From contig DATJMJ010000006.1 of assembly GCA_035508795.1 (NCBI GenBank), forward strand, positions 793 to 64,792: a DNA stretch of 64,000 nucleotides, read 5' to 3'. The position numbers and the translations under genes were made by a program. The notes beneath the pieces are model-generated. The model ran no database searches. It was given only the letters and a program-made list of their open reading frames with translations, and had not been told where the DNA came from. This DNA is from Acidimicrobiales bacterium. Its GTDB lineage: Bacteria; Actinomycetota; Acidimicrobiia; Acidimicrobiales; Palsa-688. Positions within the stretch are counted from its first letter, which is position 1, and each line of letters opens with the position of its first letter. This document shows positions 33,806-45,131 of the stretch, in pieces.

Positions 33806-34705
33806 CTAGAAGACGATCGTCTTGCGGCCGTGGACGAGCACCCGGTCGGTGAGGTGGAGGCGGACCGCACGAGCAAGGACCACCGTTTCGAGGTCCCGGC
33901 CCACCCGGGCCATGTCCGCCACCCCGTCGCGGTGCGACACCCTGGCGGTGTCCTGGTCGATTATCGGCCCCTGGTCGAGCTCGGCCGTCGCGTAGTGGGC
34001 GGTGGCCCCGATCAGCTTGACCCCTCGGGCATGGGCCTGGTGGTAGGGCTGCCCGCCCGAAAAAGCCGGCAGGAACGAGTGATGGATGTTGACCACCTTG
34101 GCGGGGTAGCGGTCGAGGACCTTGGCCGAGAGGATCTGCATGTAGCGCGCCATCACGACGAGCTCGACCCCCGCTGCTTCGAGGAGCCTGAGCAGCTCAC
34201 GCTCCTGAGCTTGGCGCGTCTCGGGGGTAACGGGCAGGTGGTGGTAGGCGATGCCGAAGTGGCTCACGAGCTCGGCATGGTCGGGGTGGTTGGACACGAC
34301 GAGGGCGGGCCGGCCGGGCAGCTCGTGGGCGTGCCACCTGCCGAGCAAGTCGACCAGGCAGTGCGGCTGGCGGCTGACAAGGACGCCAACGCGGCGGTCC
34401 TCGTCGGAGTAGCGGACTGACCAGCGCATCCGGAGGGGCTCGGCTACCTCGGCGAGCGCCGGGCGGAGCTCGGCCCGGGTGAGCTTGAAGCCGTCCATGC
34501 GGAACTCGACACGCTGGAAGAACACGCCCTCTTCTTCGTCGTTGTGCTGGTCGGCTTGCGTCACGTCCCCGCCGTTGCGGTAGATGAAGTCCGCTATCGC
34601 CGCTACCAGGCCCGGCCGGTCGGGCGCCGAAAGCAGTAGCCGGGCCGTGGGGCGCGCCGCCCCGGCGCGGGAAAGTCCGCCGGCACCGGCGGCGGGGTCG
34701 CTCAT
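33806..34705 (-). CDS. purU: Formyltetrahydrofolate deformylase
   Basis: N-terminal ACT-like region LLLSAPDRPGLVAAIADFIYRNGGDV, and a formyltransferase core VVMARYMQILS...NIHHSFLPAFSGGQPYHQA. Start at MSDPAAG (34705). Confidence 0.9.
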   Translation of the reverse strand: MSDPAAGAGGLSRAGAARPTARLLLSAPDRPGLVAAIADFIYRNGGDVTQADQHNDEEEGVFFQRVEFRMDGFKLTRAELRPALAEVAEPLRMRWSVRYSDEDRRVGVLVSRQPHCLVDLLGRWHAHELPGRPALVVSNHPDHAELVSHFGIAYHHLPVTPETRQAQERELLRLLEAAGVELVVMARYMQILSAKVLDRYPAKVVNIHHSFLPAFSGGQPYHQAHARGVKLIGATAHYATAELDQGPIIDQDTARVSHRDGVADMARVGRDLETVVLARAVRLHLTDRVLVHGRKTIVF

Positions 34706-34733
34706 AGCTTGTCCAGCGTGCCACGATGGCGAG

Positions 34734-36023
34734 GTGAGCGCCCCTCCGGCCCTCGCGGCCTTCGCGGCCTTGCCTCCGCTCGACTTCGGCGGCCGCCTCG
34801 GGAGGTTGCGCCACCAGCTCGAAAGTGAGGGACTGGGCGCCTTCCTCGTCACCAACCTTGTCAATGTCCGCTACCTGACCGGCTTCATCGGCTCGGCCGG
34901 GATGCTCCTGGTCGAGCCCGACAACGCGGTCCTCGTGACCGACGGGCGCTACGGCTTCCAGGCCAACCAACAGCTGGGCCGGTCGGGCGTGACTGCCCGG
35001 GTGGAGGCAGTCGCTGCGGCCGAGCAGGACGAGCTCCTCGGCGACCTCACGCGCGGGCTTGGGGAGGTGGGGTTGGAGGCCGGCCACATCACCTGGGCGA
35101 GGCAGCGGGCCCTCAAGCGCACCTGGGGGCGCGCCAAGGCGTTGGTGCCCACGACGGGGGTTGTAGAGCGGCTGCGTGCCCTGAAAGACAGGGGCGAGGT
35201 CGCTCGGGTCGCCGCCGCCGCTGCGGTGGCGGACGAGGCCTTGAAGCTCGCCCAGGCGATGCTGGAAGGGCGCACGACGGAGTCCGAGGTGGCCGCCGCT
35301 ATCGAGGCGGAGATGCGCCGGATCGGGGCGGAAGGCCCCGCGTTCGACACGATCGTGGCGTCGGGGCCCAACGCCGCGCTGCCTCATCACCGCCCCGGTG
35401 AGCGCCGCATCCGCCGGGGCGAGCTGGTCGTGCTCGATTTCGGCGCCCGGGTAGACGGCTACCGCTCGGACATGACCCGCACGGTGCGGGCCGGCGAGGG
35501 CGCGAAGGTGCCGGCGGCGCTCGAGCGCATCGCCCGTGCCGTGTCTGCCAGCCAGGACGCCGGCCTCTCGGCCGTTCGCGACGGCGTCCCGGGGTCCGAG
35601 GTCGACCGGGCTTGCCGCGAGGTCATCGAAGCGGCGGGGTTCGGCGAGTACTTCGTCCACGGGACCGGCCATGGCGTGGGGTTGGACATCCACGAGGCCC
35701 CTTCGCTGGCCAGGGCGTCGAGGGATATACTTTCGAGCGGCCAGGTTGTGACCGTCGAACCTGGTATTTACCTACCTGGGGCCGGCGGCGCCCGCACCGA
35801 GGACACCGTCCTGGTGACTGAAGCCGGCTGCGAGGTGCTCACCCTCGCCCCCAAGGCGCTCCACGCGGGCAGTGGCGGCGGTGGGGGGGCGCGAGGCGGA
35901 CGCCGGGCAGCGGGAGCGGCAGGAGCTGCGCGAGCAGCGGGAAAAAGAACGGCCGGGCAGACGGGCAAGAGAGCTAGCAAAACAGGAGGCGCCAGGTGGC
36001 AGCGGTCTCTACCAACGACCTGA
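34734..36023 (+). CDS. pepQ: Xaa-Pro aminopeptidase (M24B)
   Basis: [57 protein letters not shown]. It carries a ~55-aa Gly/Ala/Arg-rich C-terminal extension that overlaps the efp start by 28 nt. Confidence 0.85.
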   Translation: MSAPPALAAFAALPPLDFGGRLGRLRHQLESEGLGAFLVTNLVNVRYLTGFIGSAGMLLVEPDNAVLVTDGRYGFQANQQLGRSGVTARVEAVAAAEQDELLGDLTRGLGEVGLEAGHITWARQRALKRTWGRAKALVPTTGVVERLRALKDRGEVARVAAAAAVADEALKLAQAMLEGRTTESEVAAAIEAEMRRIGAEGPAFDTIVASGPNAALPHHRPGERRIRRGELVVLDFGARVDGYRSDMTRTVRAGEGAKVPAALERIARAVSASQDAGLSAVRDGVPGSEVDRACREVIEAAGFGEYFVHGTGHGVGLDIHEAPSLARASRDILSSGQVVTVEPGIYLPGAGGARTEDTVLVTEAGCEVLTLAPKALHAGSGGGGGARGGRRAAGAAGAARAAGKRTAGQTGKRASKTGGARWQRSLPTT

Positions 36024-36565
36024 AAAACGGGATGACCCTCAACCTTCCCGAGGGCTTGTACTCGGTCGTCGAGTTCCAGCACGTAAAACCGGGCAAGGGC
36101 GGGGCCTTTGTGCGCACCAAGCTCAAAAACCTCCGCAGCGGCGCCGTGATAGACCGCACGTACCGTGCCGACGAACGGCTCGACCAGGCCATCATCGAGA
36201 AGAGGGAGATGCAGTTCCTCTACACCGACGGTGACAACTACGTCTTCATGGACAACAGCGACTACGAGCAATTGGGCACGCCACGTCCCTCTCTCGGCCA
36301 GGCCGCCAACTTCTTGAAGGAGGGCGATTCGGCGCTGCTGCAGTTTTACGACGGCGAAATAATCGGCGTCGACCTCCCCGCCGCCGTCGAGCTGTCCGTC
36401 GCCCAGACAGAGCCAGGGGTGCAAGGCGACCGCGTCTCAGGAGCGCGCAAACCGGCCGTCCTCGAAACAGGGATCACGGTCCAGGTGCCGTTGTTCGTCA
36501 ACATCGGGGACAAGGTAAAGGTCGACACTCGCAGCGGTGAGTACCTGACGCGCGTCGGGAGCTGA
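35996..36565 (+). CDS. efp: Translation elongation factor P
   Basis: [45 protein letters not shown] is canonical EF-P. RBS aggagg at 35983-35988. Confidence 0.95.
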   Translation: MAAVSTNDLKNGMTLNLPEGLYSVVEFQHVKPGKGGAFVRTKLKNLRSGAVIDRTYRADERLDQAIIEKREMQFLYTDGDNYVFMDNSDYEQLGTPRPSLGQAANFLKEGDSALLQFYDGEIIGVDLPAAVELSVAQTEPGVQGDRVSGARKPAVLETGITVQVPLFVNIGDKVKVDTRSGEYLTRVGS

Positions 36566-36568
36566 CCT

Positions 36569-36994
36569 TTGTTCGGGCTCGGGAGCAGGCGCGAGGCGCG
36601 CGAGCGGGCGCTCGAGCTTCTCTACGAGTCGGAGCTGAAGGACCAACCGCTGAGCGCCGTGCTGGAGGACCTCCCTGTCGCCCCGCAGCCCTACGCAGTA
36701 GCCCTCGCCGAGGGGGTAGAGCAGTACCGCGACCGGATCGACGCGCTCATTTCGGCCAACGCGATCGACTGGTCGCTCGACCGTATGCCCGTAGTCGACC
36801 GCGCCCTCCTCCGGATGGCGACGTTCGAGCTCGGCTGGCGCCTCGACGTGCCAACGAGCGTCGTGATCTCCGAGGCCGTCCAGCTTGCCAAGTCGTATTC
36901 GACAGACGAATCGGGCGGGTTTGTCAACGGCTTGCTTGCGACAATTGCCCACGAGCTCCGGCCGGGCGAGGGTAAGCTCGAGCCTCAACCGTGA
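36569..36994 (+). CDS. nusB: Transcription antitermination factor NusB
   Basis: RREARERALELLYESEL...IDWSLDRMPVVDRALLRMATFEL...VVISEAVQLAKSYSTDESGGFVNGLL. Confidence 0.9.
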   Translation: MFGLGSRREARERALELLYESELKDQPLSAVLEDLPVAPQPYAVALAEGVEQYRDRIDALISANAIDWSLDRMPVVDRALLRMATFELGWRLDVPTSVVISEAVQLAKSYSTDESGGFVNGLLATIAHELRPGEGKLEPQP

Positions 36995-37030
36995 AGCCGA
37001 TCGAGTTGCCGGCCGCCCGGGAGGCACCCA

Positions 37031-38329
37031 TTGGCGCGTGAGCGGCAGGTCCTGCTGCGGGGTGGGACAGTGGTCGACTCCGGCGGCACCCGCAGGGCCG
37101 ACGTACTCCTCCGAGGCGAAATAGTGGCCGGTTGCAGCGCCACGGCGGCACAAGATGTCGCAGAGGGCACCCTCGTCCTCGACGTCGAAGGCTGCGTCGT
37201 CGCCCCGGGGCTCGTCGACCTGCACACCCACCTCCGCGAACCGGGCCTCGAAGAGGCGGAGACGGTCGAAACGGGCGCGAGAGCGGCGGCCCTCGGTGGT
37301 TACACCGCAGTCGTCGCCATGCCCAACACCGTCCCCGCAACCGACAACCCCTCCATCGTCCGCCACGTGCAGTCACTGGCGAAGGCGGCTTGCTGCGACG
37401 TGCACCCGGCAGGCGCGCTCACTGTCGGGCGCGAGGGCAAAGTGTTGGCCCCGATGGCCGAAATGGCTGCGCTCGGGGTCACGATCTTCAGCGACGACGG
37501 TTCGGGGCTCCAGGACGGCGCTTTGATGCGTGGGGCGATGGAACAGGCCCGCGCTTTGGGGGTGGTAGTGGCGGACCACTGCGAGGAGGACTCGCTCGCA
37601 GGCAACGGGTGCGTAAACGAGGGCAAGGTTTCGGCCCGCCTCGGACTGCCGGGCCGGCCCGCCGCCTCGGAGCAGATCATGGTGACCAGGGACCTCGTCC
37701 TCGCTCAGTTGACAGGTGCCAGGCTCCATGTCCTCCACGTCTCCACGGCGGCAGCGCTGGCAGCGGTACGGGCTGCCAAGGCTGACGGGGCCAACGTGAC
37801 TGCAGAGGTCACGCCCCACCACCTCGTGCTCACCGAGGACGAGATAGGCCCGGGTGCCACCCAGTACAAGGTCAACCCGCCGCTGCGCACCTTCGCCGAC
37901 GTCCTCGCGCTCCGAGGGGGCTTGGGGGACGGGACCATCGATGCCGTCGCCACCGACCATGCCCCTCATCCCGAACGGGCCAAGTCCGTCGCCTTCCCCG
38001 ACGCCGCCCCCGGGATGACCGGCCTCGAGACGTCTCTCGCCCTCTGCATGACCGAACTGCAGATCCCGCTCGAAAGGGTGCTTGCCCTCATGTCCTGGCT
38101 CCCGGCTCGCATAGCCGGGCTGTCAGCGGCGCACGGGGGCCCTGTCGCCGCCGGCGGGCCTGCCAACCTCTGCGTCATCGACCCGGCCCGGCATTGGGTC
38201 GTCGACCCGCAACGGATGGCGAGCCGGAGCCGCAACACCCCCTTTGCCGGCCGCGCGCTCGTAGGCAAGGTGCGCCACACGTTTTTCGCCGGCGAACCGG
38301 TGGTGCTCGACGGGGAGGCGCAGAGGTGA
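37031..38329 (+). CDS. pyrC: Dihydroorotase
   Basis: VDLHTHLREPG, VVADHCED, LHVLHVST and VATDHAPH metal-ligand motifs. Confidence 0.9.
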   Translation: MARERQVLLRGGTVVDSGGTRRADVLLRGEIVAGCSATAAQDVAEGTLVLDVEGCVVAPGLVDLHTHLREPGLEEAETVETGARAAALGGYTAVVAMPNTVPATDNPSIVRHVQSLAKAACCDVHPAGALTVGREGKVLAPMAEMAALGVTIFSDDGSGLQDGALMRGAMEQARALGVVVADHCEEDSLAGNGCVNEGKVSARLGLPGRPAASEQIMVTRDLVLAQLTGARLHVLHVSTAAALAAVRAAKADGANVTAEVTPHHLVLTEDEIGPGATQYKVNPPLRTFADVLALRGGLGDGTIDAVATDHAPHPERAKSVAFPDAAPGMTGLETSLALCMTELQIPLERVLALMSWLPARIAGLSAAHGGPVAAGGPANLCVIDPARHWVVDPQRMASRSRNTPFAGRALVGKVRHTFFAGEPVVLDGEAQR

Positions 38330-39444
38330 CCCGCCCCATGTGGCGGGAGGGCCTCCTGGTGCTGGCCGACGGCTCGGTGTTCGAGGGCGAGGTCCTCGAC
38401 GCCGCTCCCGGTGCCTGGGCGGCCGGGCCGGCGTCCGGTGAGGTCGTTTTCAACACGGTGATGGCCGGTTACCAGGAGGTGATCACCGACCCGTCCTACG
38501 CGGGCCAGGTGGTCGCCTTCACCTATCCCCACATTGGCAATTACGGGGCCGCCCCCTACGACGACGAGAGCCGGCGGCCTTTTTGCCGGGGGATAGTGGT
38601 GCGCGAGCTGACGCTGCAGCCGAGCAACTGGCGAGCCGCCGAAAGCCTTGCGACCTTCCTGGCCCGCCACGGAGTCCCGGCCATCGCCGGAGTCGACACG
38701 CGCCGGCTCACGCGCCAGATCCGTGAGGCGGGGGCGATGCCTGGGGCCTTCGGGCCCGTCGACGGCGGGGAGGGCTCCTCCGGGGAAGCGGCCCTCCTCG
38801 AGGCCGCCAGGGCCGAACTGCCGACTGACGGGCGAGACCTCGTCAGCGAAGTCACCTGCAGCTCGTCCTACACCTACGGGGACGGCCCGCTCCGCGTCGT
38901 CGCCTACGACCTCGGCATCAAGCGCAACATCCTGCGCAACCTCGGCGCTGTCGCCACCGTCACCGTCGTGCCTGCGAGCACGACGGCTGCCGAGGCGCTC
39001 GACCTCGCGCCCGACGGGGTGTTCCTCTCCAACGGCCCGGGTGACCCGGCGGCGCTGCCCGGCGTCACCTCTTGCGTGCGTGAGCTCCTCGGGAAAGTGC
39101 CAGTCTTCGGGATATGCCTCGGCCACCAGCTCATGGCCCAGGCCCTCGGCGCGAGCACCTACAAGTTGGCCTTCGGCCACCACGGGGGCAACCATCCCGT
39201 CAAGAGAGTCGCGAGCGGGAAGGTCGAAATAACGAGCCAGAACCACAACTACGCCGTCGAACCCGGGACCTTCGACGACAAAGTGGAGATCACCCACGTC
39301 AACTTGAACGACGGCGTGATCGAGGGCTTCACGGCTGCCGCCGTACCCGCTTTTTCGGTGCAGTACCATCCCGAGGCCGGCCCGGGCCCCCACGACGCCC
39401 GCTACCTCTTCGGCGAGTTCGCCGACCTGATGCGCCGTGCCTAA
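38326..39444 (+). CDS. carA: Carbamoyl-phosphate synthase small (glutaminase) subunit
   Basis: [12 protein letters not shown]...[15 protein letters not shown]..., the catalytic GICLGHQL, and the YHPEA C-terminal triad region. GTG 38326 overlaps the pyrC stop; ATG 38338 is an alternative. Confidence 0.9.
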   Translation: MTRPMWREGLLVLADGSVFEGEVLDAAPGAWAAGPASGEVVFNTVMAGYQEVITDPSYAGQVVAFTYPHIGNYGAAPYDDESRRPFCRGIVVRELTLQPSNWRAAESLATFLARHGVPAIAGVDTRRLTRQIREAGAMPGAFGPVDGGEGSSGEAALLEAARAELPTDGRDLVSEVTCSSSYTYGDGPLRVVAYDLGIKRNILRNLGAVATVTVVPASTTAAEALDLAPDGVFLSNGPGDPAALPGVTSCVRELLGKVPVFGICLGHQLMAQALGASTYKLAFGHHGGNHPVKRVASGKVEITSQNHNYAVEPGTFDDKVEITHVNLNDGVIEGFTAAAVPAFSVQYHPEAGPGPHDARYLFGEFADLMRRA

Positions 39445-42400
39445 GCGCACCGATATCAGCTCGGTGCTCGTGATCGGATCGGGCCCGATCGTCATAGGAC
39501 AGGCTTGCGAGTTCGACTATTCAGGCACGCAGGCATGCCGGGCCCTCAAGGCCGAGGGGTACCGCGTGGTCCTCGTCAACTCCAACCCGGCAACCATCAT
39601 GACGGATCCCGAGGTGGCCCACAGGACTTACATCGAGCCGCTCGTGCCCGAGGTGCTCGAGGCGGTCATCGACCGCGAGCGGCCCGACGCCCTGCTGCCG
39701 ACGCTCGGCGGGCAGACAGGTCTCAACCTGGCGATGAAGTTGTGGGAGCTCGGCGTCCTCGAGCGCTACGGGGTCGAGATGATCGGGGCCAACGCCGAGG
39801 CGATCGCGACCGCAGAAGACAGGGGCCTCTTCAGGGCGGCCATGACCGAGATCGGCCTGGCCGTACCGGACTCTGGCTTCGCGCACGACCTCGCCGAGGC
39901 GCTCGAGATCGGCGAAAGGGTTGGGTTCCCCATCATCGTCCGCCCTTCTTACATCCTCGGCGGCGGTGGCACCGGCATCGCGGCGGACCGTGCCGAGCTC
40001 GAGGCGGTCGCCGCCAACGGGCTCGGGGCAAGCCCGGTCCACGAGATCCTCGTCGAGCGGTCGATAGCCGGTTGGAAAGAGTACGAGCTCGAGGTGATGC
40101 GGGACCGGGCCGACAACTGCGTGATCGTTTGCTCCATCGAGAACTTCGACCCGATGGGCGTCCATACGGGAGACTCGATCACCGTCGCACCGGCGCAAAC
40201 CCTTTCGGACGTCGAGTACCAAAAAATGCGGGACGCCGCCTTTGCGTGCATACGCCGGATCGGCGTCGAAACGGGCGGTTCCAACATCCAGTTCGCCATC
40301 AACCCCGCAAACGGCGACATGGTCGTCATCGAGATGAACCCGAGGGTTTCGCGCTCGAGCGCCCTCGCCTCCAAGGCGACGGGGTTCCCGATAGCCAAGA
40401 TCGCCGCCCGTCTGGCCGTCGGCTACACCCTCGACGAGATCCGCAACGACATCACGGGCGAGACGCCTGCCAGTTTCGAGCCGACGATCGACTACGTCGT
40501 GACCAAGGTCCCGCGCTGGGCCTTCGAGAAATTCCCGGACGTGCCCGAGGTGCTCGGCACGCGGATGCAGTCGGTAGGCGAGGCGATGGCGATCGGGCGC
40601 AGTTTCCCGGAGTCTTTGCAAAAAGCCTTGCGCTCGCTGGAAACGGGGCGGTCGGGCCTCAACTGCGACCCGGGCGAAAAGCTCTACGACGGCCTCACCG
40701 ACGACGAGCTCGTCGCGAGGGCGTCGGTGGCGACACCCGACCGGCCTTTCCACCTCGAGGCAGCGCTGCGCCGGGGCGTGCCCGCCGCCCTCCTTCACGA
40801 GCGGAGCGGCGTCGACCCCTGGTTCCTCGACCAGATCGCCCGCATCTCGGCGCACCGGGCCGAGCTCGCAGCCGTCGGCCGCACGGACGCGATGTCCCGC
40901 GCCGGCTGGAAGCGAGCCAAGAGGCTCGGTTTTTCCGACGCCCAGCTCGCCTTCCTCTGGGGCCAACCCGAAACCGACGTCCGCTCGGCCCGTTTGGCTT
41001 GCGGGGTGAGGGCGACCTTCAAGACCGTCGACACCTGCGCCGCCGAGTTCGCCGCCAGGACGCCCTACCACTACGCGACCTACGAGGACACCGACGAAGT
41101 GAGGGAGTCGTCCCGCCCCAAGGTCGTCATCCTCGGCTCGGGCCCTAACCGGATCGGCCAGGGAGTCGAGTTCGATTACTGCTGCGTCCAAGCGAGCTTC
41201 GCGCTCCACGACGCCGGCTTCGAAACCGTCATGGTCAACTGCAACCCCGAGACCGTCTCGACCGACTACGACACGAGCGACCGCCTCTACTTCGAGCCCG
41301 TGACAAAAGAAGACGTCCAAAACGTCCTCGACGTCGAGGCGGCGACCGGCCACCTGGCGGGAGTGATCGTGGCGCTCGGCGGCCAGACGCCCCTCAAGCT
41401 TTCTGCCGCAGTGCCCCCCGGGCTGGTCATGGGCACCTCCCCCTCGTCGATAGACCTCGCCGAAGACAGGGAACGCTGGAACACCCTGTGCGAGCGGCTG
41501 CGGATCCCCCAACCCCCGGGCGGTACGGCGACAAGCCTCGACGAGGCACTGGTCGTGGCCGCCAAGGTGGGCTACCCCGTGCTCGTGCGCCCGAGCTACG
41601 TGCTCGGCGGGCGCGCCATGGAGATCGTCTACGACGATGACGACCTGGCACGGGCGATGAGGGAGCTCGAGATCTCGGGCTCGCTCGGCCGCGAGGGCGG
41701 CCTTTCAGCCGAGCGCCCGGTACTGGTGGACAGGTTCCTCGAGGACGCCACAGAGGTCGACGTCGACTCGGTGCGCGACAGCACGGGCGAGGTGGTTATC
41801 GCGGCCGTGATGGAACACGTGGAGGAGGCCGGGGTCCACTCCGGCGACAGCGCCTGCGTCGTGCCGCCGCCGACGCTCGGGCCCGACGTCGTCCGCACGA
41901 TCGAGGGCTACACGCGCGACATCGCCGCAGCCCTCGGGGTCGTAGGCCCGCTCAACGTGCAGTACGCCGTCCAAAAAGCCCCCGGGGGCCCCGGGGCCGC
42001 ACCGCAGGTGTTCGTGCTCGAGGCCAACCCGCGGGCGAGCCGCACGGTACCTTTTGTCGCCAAGGCGACCGGGGTCCCGCTGGCGAAGGTGGCGGCCCGC
42101 GCGATGGCGGGCGCGACCCTGAAAAGCCTGAGGGAAGAAGGGCTTCTGTGCCCCCCTGTTTCGGGCTACGTGAGCGTCAAGGAGGCTGTGCTCCCCTTCG
42201 ACCGCTTCCCCGAGTTCGACGGCCTCCTCGGCCCGGAGATGCGCTCGACGGGCGAGGTGATGGGCATCGACGCCGGCTTCGGCCTGGCGTTCGCCAAGAG
42301 CCAGTTGGCGGCAGGGGACAACTTGGCGAACGGGGGCACCATTTTCTTCTCGGTTGCCGACCGTGACAAGCCGTCGGGCCTCGACGCTGCAAAAGGCTTC

Positions 42401-42766
42401 GTGGAGGCGGGTTTCAAGATCGCCGCCACAGCCGGCACTGCTGCCTTCCTGTCGGCCGCAGGCGTACCGGTCGCCACCGTCGTAGCCAAGCTCACCCCGT
42501 CAGGGGCGAGGGAGGAGGGCCAGGCAGAGGGGGCCCCGGACGCGGTCGAAATGATCCGCAAAGGTCAGATCCAGCTCGTCGTCAACACGCCTCGCGGCAG
42601 CGGGCCGAGGTCCGACGGCGCCTACATCAGGCGAGCCGCCATGCAGCACAAGGTCCCGCTCCTCACGACGGTCGCGGCGGCGCGGGCATCAGCGGCCGGG
42701 GTCGTCGAACGCAGGAAGAAGCCTTTCACGGTCAAGTCCCTCCAAGAGCTCCACGCGGGGCTCTGA
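39437..42766 (+). CDS. carB: Carbamoyl-phosphate synthase large subunit
   Basis: 1109 aa with two ATP-grasp halves ([24 protein letters not shown]... and [22 protein letters not shown]...) and a C-terminal MGS-like domain. Confidence 0.97.
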   Translation: MPKRTDISSVLVIGSGPIVIGQACEFDYSGTQACRALKAEGYRVVLVNSNPATIMTDPEVAHRTYIEPLVPEVLEAVIDRERPDALLPTLGGQTGLNLAMKLWELGVLERYGVEMIGANAEAIATAEDRGLFRAAMTEIGLAVPDSGFAHDLAEALEIGERVGFPIIVRPSYILGGGGTGIAADRAELEAVAANGLGASPVHEILVERSIAGWKEYELEVMRDRADNCVIVCSIENFDPMGVHTGDSITVAPAQTLSDVEYQKMRDAAFACIRRIGVETGGSNIQFAINPANGDMVVIEMNPRVSRSSALASKATGFPIAKIAARLAVGYTLDEIRNDITGETPASFEPTIDYVVTKVPRWAFEKFPDVPEVLGTRMQSVGEAMAIGRSFPESLQKALRSLETGRSGLNCDPGEKLYDGLTDDELVARASVATPDRPFHLEAALRRGVPAALLHERSGVDPWFLDQIARISAHRAELAAVGRTDAMSRAGWKRAKRLGFSDAQLAFLWGQPETDVRSARLACGVRATFKTVDTCAAEFAARTPYHYATYEDTDEVRESSRPKVVILGSGPNRIGQGVEFDYCCVQASFALHDAGFETVMVNCNPETVSTDYDTSDRLYFEPVTKEDVQNVLDVEAATGHLAGVIVALGGQTPLKLSAAVPPGLVMGTSPSSIDLAEDRERWNTLCERLRIPQPPGGTATSLDEALVVAAKVGYPVLVRPSYVLGGRAMEIVYDDDDLARAMRELEISGSLGREGGLSAERPVLVDRFLEDATEVDVDSVRDSTGEVVIAAVMEHVEEAGVHSGDSACVVPPPTLGPDVVRTIEGYTRDIAAALGVVGPLNVQYAVQKAPGGPGAAPQVFVLEANPRASRTVPFVAKATGVPLAKVAARAMAGATLKSLREEGLLCPPVSGYVSVKEAVLPFDRFPEFDGLLGPEMRSTGEVMGIDAGFGLAFAKSQLAAGDNLANGGTIFFSVADRDKPSGLDAAKGFVEAGFKIAATAGTAAFLSAAGVPVATVVAKLTPSGAREEGQAEGAPDAVEMIRKGQIQLVVNTPRGSGPRSDGAYIRRAAMQHKVPLLTTVAAARASAAGVVERRKKPFTVKSLQELHAGL

Positions 42767-42822
42767 GAGCGCCCCGGGTGGCGTCGCGACGTTCTCGCCG
42801 TGGCGGGGGAGGAGCCCACAGT

Positions 42823-43866
42823 ATGCGGGCGCCCGGCTCCCAGACGCCGGCTTTCGACCTCACGGCCCGTATCGGCAGCGTCGTCCTCCCGAACCCTGTT
42901 ATGACCGCCGCGGGTACCTCGGGGCACGGCGCAGAGCTCGCCTCTTATTTCGACCTGTCCGAGCTCGGCGCCGTCGTCGTCAAATCCGTCTCGGCCGAAC
43001 CCTGGGCGGGTAACGAGCCGCCGCGGCTGTTGCCGCTGCGTGCAGGGATGATGAACAGCGTCGGGCTGCAGAACCGCGGCGTGGCCGAGTGGCTCAGCCA
43101 CGAGCTCCCGGCGCTCGCTGCCACCGGGGCGCGGGTGGTGGTCAGCGTCTGGGGAAGGAGCCCCGACGACTACGCCGAGGTCGGGCGCAGGCTGGCCGGG
43201 GCGCTTGTGCCGGCGGCGAGCGCGCATGGTCCAGGCAGCCAGAGCGCCGGTGAGCGAGGCCGGGTGGTCGCCGTCGAGGCCAACATCAGCTGCCCAAATG
43301 TCGAAGACCGCCACCGCATGTTCGCCCACACGATCGAGGGCACGTCGGCCGCGATTTCCTCCCTGTGGCGCTCCCTCGAGGGGACCGGGCTGCCCGTGTG
43401 GGCGAAGCTGAGCCCCAACGTGACCGACATCGTCGCCATCGCCGGGGCGGCTCTCTCGGCGGGCGCAGAAGCGCTTGTGCTCGTCAACACGCTCATGGGG
43501 CTGGCGCTCGACCCCGCCAGCGGGGTGCCCCTTCTCGGTGCGGGCGGCGGCGGCGTTTCCGGCCCCGGGCTGCACCCCGTAGCCGTCCGCGCCGTCCACG
43601 AGTGCCGGACAGCCTTCCCCGACGCCCCCATCGTCGGAGTCGGCGGGGTGCTTACCGGGGCCGACGCCGCGGAGATGTTGGTTGCCGGCGCGCAGGCGGT
43701 GCAGGTCGGGACGGCCACCTTCGCCGACCCGAGGGCGCCGGTCAAGGTACTGCGCGAGCTCACGTCCTGGTGCCGTTCCAGGGGGCTCCGCTCCGCCGGC
43801 GACCTCAGGCCGGCGGCGGGGTGGGCACACGCGCCCCTCGGTGCCCGGGGAGAGGGGAGCGGCTAG
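42823..43866 (+). CDS. pyrD: Dihydroorotate dehydrogenase, class 1-type
   Basis: LPNPVMTAAGTSGHG..., VVVKSVS, NISCPNV (class 1 catalytic Cys), LSPNVTDI, VLVNT, GGVSGP. Contains an Ala/Gly-rich insertion. The start is uncertain (42778 or 42823). Confidence 0.85.
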   Translation: MRAPGSQTPAFDLTARIGSVVLPNPVMTAAGTSGHGAELASYFDLSELGAVVVKSVSAEPWAGNEPPRLLPLRAGMMNSVGLQNRGVAEWLSHELPALAATGARVVVSVWGRSPDDYAEVGRRLAGALVPAASAHGPGSQSAGERGRVVAVEANISCPNVEDRHRMFAHTIEGTSAAISSLWRSLEGTGLPVWAKLSPNVTDIVAIAGAALSAGAEALVLVNTLMGLALDPASGVPLLGAGGGGVSGPGLHPVAVRAVHECRTAFPDAPIVGVGGVLTGADAAEMLVAGAQAVQVGTATFADPRAPVKVLRELTSWCRSRGLRSAGDLRPAAGWAHAPLGARGEGSG

Positions 43867-43873
43867 CTCCCCT

Positions 43874-44599
43874 ATGATCGCTGCCACGATGACTGACGCC
43901 GCGATCCGCAGCCGGCTTGCTCTTGCGCTCGACTTCGACGACTCCGTCGTCGCGTTGCGCTGGGCGGCGAGGCTGAAGGATTACTTCGGAGTGGCCAAAG
44001 TCGGCCTCGAGCTTTTTTCCGCTTCGGGCCCATCGGTTGTCGCCGGGCTCGTGGGGGACGGTTTCGAGGTGTTCATCGACCTCAAGCTGGCCGACATCCC
44101 CAACACGACACGCCGTGCGGCAAGAGTGCTCGGGTCGCTCGGGGCTTCCTACCTGACGGTGCACGCTTCCGCCGGCACGGGCACGCTGCGTGCAGGTGTC
44201 GAAGGCTTCGCCGAAGGTGCCGAAAGCGCCGGGTTCCCGGTGCCGGTGACGCTCGCGGTGACCGTGCTCACCAGCGACCCCGACGCGTCCCCCGAGCTGC
44301 TGCGCGCCCGCGTGAGGACGGCCTGTGAGGCAGGTTGCGGCGGCGTCGTGTGCGCTGCACCCGACCTGGCCGAGGTCAATGCTGCCGGCCCCGGCCTGCT
44401 CAAGGTTGTCCCCGGGATCAGGTTGGCTGGCAGCGCGGCCCACGACCAATCGAGGACTGCCACGCCGGGCGAAGCCATGAGGGCGGGAGCGGGCATCTTG
44501 GTCATCGGGCGGGCCGTGACCGACGCGCCCGACCCTGTTTCGGCGGCCGAAGCGATCGTCGACGAGCTTTCTGCAGCAGTCCCGGCGGGCGGCGCGTAG
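43874..44599 (+). CDS. pyrF: Orotidine 5'-phosphate decarboxylase
   Basis: LALALDFDD...VAKVGLELF...FIDLKLADIPNT...YLTVHA...GILVIGRAV. Confidence 0.85.
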   Translation: MIAATMTDAAIRSRLALALDFDDSVVALRWAARLKDYFGVAKVGLELFSASGPSVVAGLVGDGFEVFIDLKLADIPNTTRRAARVLGSLGASYLTVHASAGTGTLRAGVEGFAEGAESAGFPVPVTLAVTVLTSDPDASPELLRARVRTACEAGCGGVVCAAPDLAEVNAAGPGLLKVVPGIRLAGSAAHDQSRTATPGEAMRAGAGILVIGRAVTDAPDPVSAAEAIVDELSAAVPAGGA

Positions 44600-44711
44600 C
44601 CAGGCGAGGGGGCCGAGCGCCCCAAGCCTGTGGATAGTTGCAGGCCAAGGGCGGCATCCGGCCATTTTTTTATGCCTCCGATGCTGCACGCGGGTGTTGT
44701 GACGCGCTAGG

Positions 44712-45035
44712 GTGCGCTCCATGCCTCTGCCGCCCGCTCTTTCTCCAGATCAACGGCAGGCCGCCCTCGAGAAGGCGGCCGCCGTACGTAAGCAACGCGC
44801 CGAGCTGAAGGACCGGTTAAAGATGGGCTCCATTTCTTTGAAGGAGCTCCTCGACCAGGGTCAGCACGACGAAGTCATCGGCAAGATGAAGGTGATCAAC
44901 GTGCTCGAGAGCCTGCCTGGGCTGGGCAAGGTCAAGGCCCGCCGGGCCATGGACGAAGTCGGCATCAGCGAGACGAGGCGCGTCCAGGGCCTTGGGGACC
45001 AGCAGCGCCGCAAGCTGCTCGAAAAGCTCGGCTGA
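44712..45035 (+). CDS. mihF: Actinobacterial integration host factor
   Basis: ALSPDQRQAALEKAAAVRKQRAELKDRLK...VINVLESLPGLGKVKARRAMDEVGISETRRVQGLG is the mIHF/sIHF signature. It sits in the conserved position upstream of gmk. ATG 44721 is an alternative start. Confidence 0.85.
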   Translation: MRSMPLPPALSPDQRQAALEKAAAVRKQRAELKDRLKMGSISLKELLDQGQHDEVIGKMKVINVLESLPGLGKVKARRAMDEVGISETRRVQGLGDQQRRKLLEKLG

Positions 45036-45131
45036 CCGCGGCCGCGCGCTGCGCGCCCGCTTGCGATCAAGTTCCCTCGAGCTGGGGGCATTGGGCGTGC
45101 TGGCCACCCGGGCACCTTCCGCCAAAAGGCC

